Source of the DNA: Myxococcota bacterium
Lineage (GTDB): Bacteria > Myxococcota_A > Polyangia > HGW-17
Direction: 5' to 3'
Assembly (NCBI GenBank): GCA_018821745.1
Contig: JAHJLU010000009.1
Span: 1 to 36,197 of the forward strand
DNA: 36,197 bases
Below are positions 17,613-26,848 of the stretch, piece by piece. The stretch's first letter is position 1. Each line of letters begins with the position of its first letter. A program made the position numbers and the translations under genes. The notes beneath the pieces are model-generated. The model made no database searches. It had not been told where the DNA came from and was given only the letters and a program-made list of their open reading frames with translations.

Positions 17613-17806
17613 GGCATGTTTCCCTTCGTTGGAATATTTTCCCTCCGACAGTGACACAATCATTGTAAATTTTCAATGCTCCGCCCCCCGCGATCTCTTT
17701 TCGAAACCCCGCTGTTTGGCAAAACGCCCCCACGGTGCAGAGAGAAACCCGTTTTTTCCTTTTTATTTATTTGTTGTCAGCGATTTGTGACTTCTGAGGA
17801 GGCGGA

Positions 17807-17835
17807 ATTATAAATATTTTTTACATAACTATCAA
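17807..17835 (-). promoter_or_regulatory. Sigma-70-like promoter candidate for the GHKL/giant-ORF operon
   Basis: The minus strand reads TTGATA (complement of 17830..17835), a 17-nt spacer, then TATAAT (complement of 17807..17812). The spacer region is AT-rich, so a chance match is possible. Confidence 0.35.
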
Positions 17836-18022
17836 TTTTGGATAACTGCGGGGTTCCATCCCCCCGAAGGGTTTGAACCGAAAAGAAATTACAATGTATT
17901 ATTAAATATTTATCACATCGAATGTCCCTACGGTGATAGTGAACCCTTTCCGTGGCTATTGTGGGTGAGATGTGCCATACAAAACCCAGACAAGTCTATA
18001 CTTAAACGAAGGAAGGTCCGAC

Positions 18023-18370
18023 ATGTCGCATTTTCGATGCTCCAAGTGTGATAATCTGCTCATTGAAGGGGAAAAAACCTGCTGGAATTGTGCCCAGAAG
18101 GTAACTTCCACCAATGTCGTCGACCGTAAAAAACTTGGTGACAGCGAGTTTGACTTTGACAGCGGCCAATTCGGCGACAGACAACCTGCAAGACCTGCTC
18201 CCGAGAGCGTCGAGCAGCGTTATTCCAAGCCCCTCGGCTATACCGATGACAGCAATTCCCAGGTGAGTCTTGCCCGGGAAGAGGAAGCCAAAAGGCGCAT
18301 GGGGGTCATCCGCTTTGTGGTGATCCTCTCGGTCATCATAGCTGCCGCTACCGTATTTATTTTGAATTAA
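18023..18370 (+). CDS. Zinc-ribbon protein with C-terminal transmembrane anchor
   Basis: ATG at 18023 follows GAAGGAAGG. The N-terminus MSHFRCSKCDNLLIEGEKTCWNCAQK has CxxC-N12-CxxC. The C-terminal helix is IRFVVILSVIIAAATVFIL. It is divergent from the GHKL operon. Confidence 0.65.
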   Translation: MSHFRCSKCDNLLIEGEKTCWNCAQKVTSTNVVDRKKLGDSEFDFDSGQFGDRQPARPAPESVEQRYSKPLGYTDDSNSQVSLAREEEAKRRMGVIRFVVILSVIIAAATVFILN

Positions 18371-18539
18371 GTCGAATTCCCGGGAGATGAGGAACAGCCC
18401 GCCGCCAGCACCAGGCAGAATAAGTAAACTCCCCTGTCGGGACAGGAGCAACTACGGGAGTTGACACTTTTTGGAAAAAACCTGCGGGTCAGGAATGTGG
18501 GCACGGGGACCCCGGGGGCCGTCGCTTACCCATACGTGG

Positions 18540-19139
18540 TCATAAATCGAGATCATCTTTACTCATATCCCAGTTCATTATTCGGGGCATGATCGGTTTC
18601 CCCGCCGTCCGGATTCTGGGGGGTCTCCGTATGCTACCCTTTCTTTGGGGCGGACAGCCATCCAGGGATCGAATGCCCTTTACCTTTGGGCATTTATCCA
18701 GAGAATCGGGGATCCCATCCTTGTCGGCATCTGCGGAAGACGCATTCATGGAATCCGCTGCAGGGGCCATGGTCACGGGGGGCTGTCCGACACTCTTATC
18801 GGGGGCCATTTCCACGATTACAGGGGGAGTTGCGGGAACTGTATCCTTTTGTTTCGGCCAGGAGACCACTCCCTTTTTGCGTATGATTTTGGGTTGAGGG
18901 CACCCATCGACCGTCATGGGAGCGTACTTCTCCGGGCAGCTATCTTTAATATCAGGGATACCATCTCCGTCCCTGTCCCGTTTCTGGGGAGGAGTCGCCT
19001 TCCCTTCCTGGGGGCCGGGATCACTGCATCCCCCCAGACAGAACCCTGCAAGGAGGGTCCCGCCCATGAAGAGATTCCGTGCGAGGGTGAGGGAGGGATA
19101 GGAAGGAGAGTATCGGTGATTGCTGCGCCTGAGTTTCAT
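18540..19139 (-). CDS. Lipoprotein with thrombospondin type-3-like Ca-binding repeats
   Basis: The lipobox is GFCLGGC. Two DxDxDGxxDxxDxCP repeats are present (DRDGDGIPDIKDSCP, DADKDGIPDSLDKCP). The start is uncertain (19175 TTG, 19139 ATG or 19067 ATG). Confidence 0.7.
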   Translation of the reverse strand: MKLRRSNHRYSPSYPSLTLARNLFMGGTLLAGFCLGGCSDPGPQEGKATPPQKRDRDGDGIPDIKDSCPEKYAPMTVDGCPQPKIIRKKGVVSWPKQKDTVPATPPVIVEMAPDKSVGQPPVTMAPAADSMNASSADADKDGIPDSLDKCPKVKGIRSLDGCPPQRKGSIRRPPRIRTAGKPIMPRIMNWDMSKDDLDL

Positions 19140-19369
19140 GATGGAACCTGTGATTTTCCGTTGAGCCAGTATCAATGGTTCACACTACCCAAATTCACCA
19201 GCGGCGTCAATTATACTGCCGCGAATCAGCGCACGTTTCGTTGACTTACGGATAGCTTCAACTATAAAGGTGATTGCTCTACAAGCGGATAGTCGCTCAT
19301 GGGCAAAAACCAATTATATAATTTATTTTATTAGCTTTTTTCAAAATAACCCGTGAGCTTTGGTTCTGC

Positions 19370-20221
19370 ATGTTCAATCGATTTGATGTTTTTCTGAGAA
19401 AACTGTCACCGCTCATGGTTACCCTCATCTCCATTTTCATGGTGGTGATTCTGGCCCTGGTGGATCATCTCACGGGCTATGAAGTCTCATTCTCCGTGTT
19501 TTACCTGGTCCCCATCACCCTGGCCACCTGGTACGGAGGATTTTTTCATGGTACTCTCATCAGTTTTCTCAGCGCCATGGCATGGATCCTTGTGGACTGG
19601 TCAGCGGGACGACATTACAGTCACAGCCTGATTCCGGTCTGGAACGGGGGAGTGCGCTTCGGGTTTTTCCTGATCACCGCCGCATTGTTATCCCGCCTTA
19701 CTGCCCAACTGGAGAGGGAACGCAACACGGCAAGGCTCGACGGTCTCACGGGAATCATGAACAGCCGGGGGTTCCGGGAGGCCGCCGCCTCTGTGTTTTC
19801 CGTTGCAAGAAGATACAACCGACCGCTCTGCATCGGATACATCGATCTGGACAATTTCAAATCCGTGAATGACTCTCTGGGTCACTCCGAAGGCGACCGG
19901 GTACTCAGAACCGTGGCCACAACCCTCAGAAATTCATTGCGAAACGCTGACTTAACAGGACGCCTCGGGGGTGACGAGTTCATTGTTCTGTTGCCCGAAA
20001 CAAATCAGGAAGGCGCCAGCACGGTTTTTTCCAATCTTCGAACCAACCTCCTCGCCCAGGTGGAATCGAGCAAATGGCCCATTGGCTTCAGTGTGGGAGT
20101 TGCCGTCTTCACGCAGGTTCCGCAAAACATCGATGAGGCTGTCCGGTATGCCGACGGGCTCATGTATCGGGTGAAAAACGGCGGAAAAAACAATATCCTC
20201 TTCGAAGTTATCACTCCGTAA
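19370..20221 (+). CDS. Membrane-bound diguanylate cyclase (GGDEF) with intact I-site
   Basis: Roughly four N-terminal hydrophobic helices precede a GGDEF domain (DGLTGIMNSRGF, RLGGDEFIVLLPE). An RxxD I-site (RNAD) lies 5 residues upstream of GGDEF. Confidence 0.92.
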   Translation: MFNRFDVFLRKLSPLMVTLISIFMVVILALVDHLTGYEVSFSVFYLVPITLATWYGGFFHGTLISFLSAMAWILVDWSAGRHYSHSLIPVWNGGVRFGFFLITAALLSRLTAQLERERNTARLDGLTGIMNSRGFREAAASVFSVARRYNRPLCIGYIDLDNFKSVNDSLGHSEGDRVLRTVATTLRNSLRNADLTGRLGGDEFIVLLPETNQEGASTVFSNLRTNLLAQVESSKWPIGFSVGVAVFTQVPQNIDEAVRYADGLMYRVKNGGKNNILFEVITP

Positions 20222-20370
20222 AAATCTTTTGCTGCTCCTCGCCTCCAATACGCGCACTCTCGTGCTTTCCTTTGAGGGCAAATTCTGATACAAGTGCCCC
20301 GCACCCCGGGTCCTCATGAAACGGGACCCTTGGTGCCCCTCACCTCTTGTAACGAGAGGATCCATATACA

Positions 20371-20406
20371 GGGCCCGGGTCCCAAGGGACCCGGGCCCCC
20401 TTTTTT
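20371..20406 (+). terminator. Rho-independent terminator
   Basis: A perfect 12-bp GC-rich stem pairs GGGCCCGGGTCC (20371..20382) with GGACCCGGGCCC (20387..20398) around the loop CAAG. It is followed by CC and TTTTTT (20401..20406). It lies 150 nt downstream of the diguanylate cyclase stop. Confidence 0.7.
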
Positions 20407-20506
20407 CCTTGTTCAGTTTTTCTCACCGCATGCATTGTATAAAGAATCCTAGACCACATGCCACACACGTGGCCTTCAAGCGGATATAACAACACACGCT
20501 TGATGA

Positions 20507-22114
20507 CTATGACTGGGGGACCCCACCCGCTCCTGACCCCTGCAGGAGGAGGCTGCCGGAGCGGATATCCCGGTATTCACCGTCCGCAACCTTCATGGCA
20601 CCTCCCACAAAGAGAAACCTGAGTCCCGTATGTTCTGACTCACTTCGGGGCAGGTGGAAATCGGGGCCGAACAGTGCGAGATCTGCGATGGCACCCTCCC
20701 GGATCACCCCTCTGTCGGTGAGTCCCAACCTTCGGGCGGGAACCGAGGTCATCTTGGCCACGGCACTTTCCAGGGAAATGAGTTTTCTTTTAAAGACAAA
20801 ATCATTAATAATTTTGGGAAAACTACCATAATTGCGAGGGTGTGGAATACCGCCGGGGAGGCTGTCCGTGCCCACCATGGAACCATCGTGGAGAAATATG
20901 GCCTCCACCAACTGCTCTTCCATGTATCTGTCGGTCATGCGTACATTCCCCCCCTCACGCTGCAGAAGCCCAAGAAGAAAGCGCACGGGAGAGATGCCTC
21001 GGTCAGCAGAGGCCTTCGCCATACTGAGACCGATGAGCGAAGTTTCGTGTTGCAAATCGGTTATAACAATATTCTCCCACCCCACAAGCGCAGGCAGGTT
21101 GTCCCAAGGTGTGCCAGGCGGCAAAGACCGGGCTTCCGAAAGAATCAATTCAACTTCTTGAATTACGGACTCCTCAGACAATGTCAGCAACACCTCGGGA
21201 AGTGATTTGTGTGCAAAAATATGCGGTGGAATAAGAGAGAGGAGGGTTGTGCTGCCGAAGTTAAAGGGATACTGATCAAAGGAGAGCCCGTGGTGGTCGA
21301 TTCTGGTGAAGAGTTCTTTCAGTTTTGCGCTGTTTCGTTCGCCAATCACTTTCAGGTGGGAAACATGAAGGACCTCCGGATGTTTACCAGCAAGCCGGAT
21401 CAGTTCATCCATGGCCTCCACAATCTCGTCGCTCTCGCTTCTCATGTGAACCGCTACCATTCGGCCATGGGCTGCTGCCACATCAAAAACCCTCTGGAGT
21501 TCGTCTTGATCCGCAAAGAGAGCCGGCAAATAAATACGTCCCATGCTGACACCCACCGCTCCTGCGGCAAAACATTCTTCAAGAGCCTGTGTCAGGGCAT
21601 CTCGCTCATTCGTGGTGAGTGGGCCCGTGCTCAATGGAGCCACGAACTGGCGCAGAACTCCGTGGGGGGCGAAGGGGATGAGGTTGTGTTCCAGCCGTCT
21701 CGTCCGCAGGGCGCTCAGATACTCATCGAAGCGCTCCCAGTTCCACGGTGCACCAGGATCACCGAAAATAAGTCTCCTGCGAAACCCGGGGCGCTCCAAA
21801 GCGGTAACAGGTGCCACTCCGAGCCCACACACGCCAGTCACCTCGGAGGTGATCCCCTGCATAATTTTTTGGCGCATTCCCTCCTCAAGAAAAGGAGCCA
21901 GGTCCGTGTGAGAGTGGGTATCAATAAAACCGGGTGTGAGAAAACCCCCGCCTCCGTCAATCGTTACTCCCTCATCACTGCAAATGCCACCGCGCCGGAC
22001 ACGAGCGATACGATTGCCTGTAACAAGCACCTCCCCTAAGTAGGGCGGGGCTCCGGTTCCATCCACGATCACAATATTTGATATTCGCACCATGGGGTTT
22101 TCAAATGGATACAA
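20507..22114 (-). CDS. N-acyl-D-amino-acid deacylase (D-aminoacylase) family amidohydrolase
   Basis: The N-terminus reads IVIVDGTGAPPY...GNRIARV...IDGGGGFLTPGFIDTHSHTDL (HxH metal site). Length and architecture are typical of the family. The start is ambiguous (TTG 22114 or ATG 22093). Confidence 0.88.
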   Translation of the reverse strand: MYPFENPMVRISNIVIVDGTGAPPYLGEVLVTGNRIARVRRGGICSDEGVTIDGGGGFLTPGFIDTHSHTDLAPFLEEGMRQKIMQGITSEVTGVCGLGVAPVTALERPGFRRRLIFGDPGAPWNWERFDEYLSALRTRRLEHNLIPFAPHGVLRQFVAPLSTGPLTTNERDALTQALEECFAAGAVGVSMGRIYLPALFADQDELQRVFDVAAAHGRMVAVHMRSESDEIVEAMDELIRLAGKHPEVLHVSHLKVIGERNSAKLKELFTRIDHHGLSFDQYPFNFGSTTLLSLIPPHIFAHKSLPEVLLTLSEESVIQEVELILSEARSLPPGTPWDNLPALVGWENIVITDLQHETSLIGLSMAKASADRGISPVRFLLGLLQREGGNVRMTDRYMEEQLVEAIFLHDGSMVGTDSLPGGIPHPRNYGSFPKIINDFVFKRKLISLESAVAKMTSVPARRLGLTDRGVIREGAIADLALFGPDFHLPRSESEHTGLRFLFVGGAMKVADGEYRDIRSGSLLLQGSGAGGVPQS

Positions 22115-22132
22115 GAGGATCTGTTCTTTTTT

Positions 22133-22936
22133 CTAACTGTATAGCTTCGTTGTTTTATTGTAGGAGGCGAGGATCCCCTGGATCATGGCGCTTGAGAACC
22201 CCTGGTGCTCCATGGTGTTGAGCCCCGTGATGGTGCTCCCCTTGGGAGTGGTGACCTTATCGATCTCCGTCTCGGGGTGGTTCTCCATCTCATCGAGCAG
22301 CGCCGCCGCGCCTTTGGCTACCTGGGCTGCCAGAGGAATTGCCTGGTCGGGATGGAATCCGATCTCAATCCCGCCCTGGGAAGCGGCACGTATCGCCCTC
22401 AGGAAGAAGGCGGTCCCGCAGGCACACAGCACCGTGGCAGGCACCATCATCTCTTCAGTGAGCACCATACATTTGCCCACGTAGCCGAAGAGCTCCATGG
22501 CCAGTGCCAGCGCCTCGGGAAGCTCCCGGTCATAGGCGACACAGGTCATGGACTCTCCGATAGCCGCGGCGGTGTTGGGCATGATCCGGATAACCGGATT
22601 TTCCTTGCCGGTGAGCTTCCTTACGGTGGCACAGGAGACTCCGGAGACCACGGAAAGGATAATGTGATGGGGTGCAAGATGGGGGGCCAGCGACGCAAAC
22701 AGGCTGTCGACCTGCTGGGGCGTGACCGCCACGATCAGCACCAGGGCGTGGTCGAGAGCCTGAGCATTGTCCGTTGTGGCCGTAAATCCCATGGCCTCAA
22801 GCTTCTTGCGAGAGTGGTCGCTCCTGGTGGTAACCATGAGGTTCTCATTGGAAAAATCCTTGGCGCGGCTGAGCCCTTTGGCGATGGCAAGGCCGATATT
22901 TCCACATCCTATGATGGCGGTTTTTTTATTGAACAT
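22133..22936 (-). CDS. proC: Pyrroline-5-carboxylate reductase
   Basis: AGGAGG lies upstream of the ATG at 22936. The NADP fold is KTAIIGCGNIGLAIAKGL, and the C-terminal motif TTPKGSTITGLNTMEHQGFSSAMIQGI is present. Confidence 0.92.
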   Translation of the reverse strand: MFNKKTAIIGCGNIGLAIAKGLSRAKDFSNENLMVTTRSDHSRKKLEAMGFTATTDNAQALDHALVLIVAVTPQQVDSLFASLAPHLAPHHIILSVVSGVSCATVRKLTGKENPVIRIMPNTAAAIGESMTCVAYDRELPEALALAMELFGYVGKCMVLTEEMMVPATVLCACGTAFFLRAIRAASQGGIEIGFHPDQAIPLAAQVAKGAAALLDEMENHPETEIDKVTTPKGSTITGLNTMEHQGFSSAMIQGILASYNKTTKLYS

Positions 22937-22966
22937 TCGGCCTCCTATGGGGCTGAAAAGGGGAGA

Positions 22967-25015
22967 CTACAGATTCCAGGAGTACACAAAGGAGGCCTTG
23001 GGGTACCGCAGGATACGCTGGGCGATTTCAGCGTGGGGGAGATAGTTGCTGTCGACGAACTGGGAGATGAGTGAGAGGGCCTCTTTTTTCAGTCCCTTTG
23101 CCTTGATCATTCCAACCAGCTTCATGAGCTTGTTGATGGCAGCGGGGAACTTGTCGAGGTGGAGCACGAAGGCACCCTTGTCCTTGCCATTGGCTGCCAT
23201 GACGTTTTTATCAAAGACCATGGCTCCTTCCTTCATGAGAAATCCCACCTGGATCGCAGCCAACTGGCTGTAGGGACGCGGTCTGCCCGATGCACTCTTC
23301 ATGCCACGGGAGATGTGACCGAAGGCCCAGTGGATAGAGTCCACGTAGGTCTGCTTTGCAAAGTCGGCGGTGATTAATTTTTTCTTGAGGAAGTAGTCCA
23401 CATACCACAGCGCACCTGTCTGAGCCTTGAGCTCCTCCATGGTGGTGGCCAGGGCCCCGCCGAAGAGATCCACATCTTTCTTGCCACGGATTTTGTATTC
23501 GTGTGATGGTCCGAGGTTGTGGGTGATCTCGTGGAGAATAATGGAGAAGGTTGAGGGTCCCTGCTTGTCGGTGAAATAGGTGAGGCTCTCCTTTGTGAAG
23601 AGGGACTCGGCCTTGTGGCGACTCATGAGGAGGGAGTCTGCGTCAGTGTACAGGTTGGTCATTACCACGGTGCGGCCGCCTTTTTTGGCCACGGGACCCC
23701 AGTTGGGGAGGGACTGGCCGATGGTGGCGCCCATGGGACTGCGGTCATTGCCGGCGTTGGCGATAATATTAATGAAGTCAGGGAGGTGAAGGCCTATTTT
23801 CCTGGCACGATATGGTCTCCCTATGAGCGTGGCCAGGTCCTTCTCCATGGCGTTTTTAATGGGCTCAATCTTCTTCTGCCAGGCGATGGAGTCGGGGTTG
23901 ATTCTGGAGAAGGTCACGTGGAACCCGGCCTTGCGGTTACACGGATCCCAGTACACTTCGTCGGGGCCGATACGCACGTACCACTTGGAGTTTTTACTGC
24001 TCATGGCCACCCATTTTTTGTCGGCCTCATACCAGTTGTTGTCTTTAAAGGCCTTCGCTGCGGCCACGAGGTATTCCTTGAGCGCTTTCTCATTGGGGTC
24101 TTTGATATCGCCTGCGGTTTTGGTCAGTTCATCGGAGAGCTGGGTCATGATCTCTTTGAAGGCTACAGTATAAGGAACGGCAGTCAGTTTCCCCTTCACC
24201 ATTCTCACCGCGTTGAACTGATAGAGCAGCTTTTTGGAATCCTGTTTGGTTTTTTTGTCGAGTTTATCCAGGTTTTCGCAGAATTTTCTGTCTTTGTCGT
24301 CCTTCTGCAGCTCGGCGGGGTACACACCGGGGAGGGGTGTCACACCTTTGATGGAGGCGCAGTTCTCGTTTTTCTCGGTCTTGGGGGCCACGCACTTGGT
24401 GGTGAGGTTCCGCATGAACAGGCGCCAAGAAGCAGGATCATCGGCGGCGATCTGTTTCTCCAGCCCCGCGGTGCCCGTCTGCAGAGCGTAGAGTTTATCC
24501 ATGAGCAGGGAAATTGTGTACATATGGCGCGCGAAGATCTTCTCTTCGGCGGTAAATACCGATGTGTCGGTGTGCACCAGCGTGGGCCGACCCTGATCCA
24601 GGTCGCTTATCACCAGCTCCCGGCGGAGTCGCTCCTTGCAGCAGACCGTCTTGGGAATCGGCGTGGCATGGGCGGCCACCATTTTCTCGTAGGTGTCGGC
24701 AAACTCTTTGGTGAAAGCGCCATTGTTGACCCACATCCCCGTGGTGGAATAAAAGAGCAGGCCCGTTACTTCATTGGGCTCCACGGTTTTGTTTTTGTTG
24801 GCGTCATTGATCCAGAAGAGGGGAAGATTAAGCCGGACGGCAACTTTATTGAATGTCTCACGATCCAGCCGATCATAGGTGAGGGTTTTGGGCACGACAG
24901 GGACCGGTGTCACAGGGTTCCCCGCCTCGGGGGTGGTAGTCTCAGGCTGCTTTTTGTCACCACAGGACCAAAGCACCAGCATCATGGCAGTGGATAATAG
25001 GATAACTCGATACAT
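22967..25015 (-). CDS. Lipoprotein zinc metallopeptidase, HExxH with downstream EExxA (DPP-III/M49-like)
   Basis: GAGGAGG lies upstream of the ATG at 25015. The lipobox is LVLWSC. HEITH is encoded at 23533..23519, and MEELKAQ follows about 28 residues later. The family assignment is tentative; the CDS itself is well supported. Confidence 0.85.
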   Translation of the reverse strand: MYRVILLSTAMMLVLWSCGDKKQPETTTPEAGNPVTPVPVVPKTLTYDRLDRETFNKVAVRLNLPLFWINDANKNKTVEPNEVTGLLFYSTTGMWVNNGAFTKEFADTYEKMVAAHATPIPKTVCCKERLRRELVISDLDQGRPTLVHTDTSVFTAEEKIFARHMYTISLLMDKLYALQTGTAGLEKQIAADDPASWRLFMRNLTTKCVAPKTEKNENCASIKGVTPLPGVYPAELQKDDKDRKFCENLDKLDKKTKQDSKKLLYQFNAVRMVKGKLTAVPYTVAFKEIMTQLSDELTKTAGDIKDPNEKALKEYLVAAAKAFKDNNWYEADKKWVAMSSKNSKWYVRIGPDEVYWDPCNRKAGFHVTFSRINPDSIAWQKKIEPIKNAMEKDLATLIGRPYRARKIGLHLPDFINIIANAGNDRSPMGATIGQSLPNWGPVAKKGGRTVVMTNLYTDADSLLMSRHKAESLFTKESLTYFTDKQGPSTFSIILHEITHNLGPSHEYKIRGKKDVDLFGGALATTMEELKAQTGALWYVDYFLKKKLITADFAKQTYVDSIHWAFGHISRGMKSASGRPRPYSQLAAIQVGFLMKEGAMVFDKNVMAANGKDKGAFVLHLDKFPAAINKLMKLVGMIKAKGLKKEALSLISQFVDSNYLPHAEIAQRILRYPKASFVYSWNL

Positions 25016-25161
25016 ATTGCCTCCTCACCCTCACGGGGCGCTATGGGAAAAAACAGGGCGCTGGGGGTTACTCCCCGGCAGGTCACCCAGTCATAATCAT
25101 TAATCCCCAAAGGCGCAACACTCTTCTTTGGCCCGCCCCACAAGGAATCGGCCCGAAACTG

Positions 25162-25189
25162 TTGACAAAGGTGCCACTGCCGGTATACC
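25162..25189 (+). promoter_or_regulatory. Sigma-70-like promoter candidate for ahcY
   Basis: TTGACA (25162..25167), a 16-nt spacer, then TATACC (25184..25189). This would give a leader of about 125 nt before the ATG at 25320. Confidence 0.4.
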
Positions 25190-25295
25190 CCTTCATCATG
25201 CTCCCGGCAGCCCCTGGTTGAGGCTCCGGTAAAAACTGCCCACGCTCATCACTGTGTGGCCTGAAACCGGGAGTTTCGATACACGATTATTATGA

Positions 25296-26741
<1,446 letters not shown>

Positions 26742-26848
26742 CTTTCCCCTCCTTTTCCCGAAAATTTCCTTTTCTCTCATTGACAATATGTTCCTAAGGG
26801 TGTAGATCCCCTCTACTTTCTGCGCCCCGGCGCGAAAGAATACATGAA

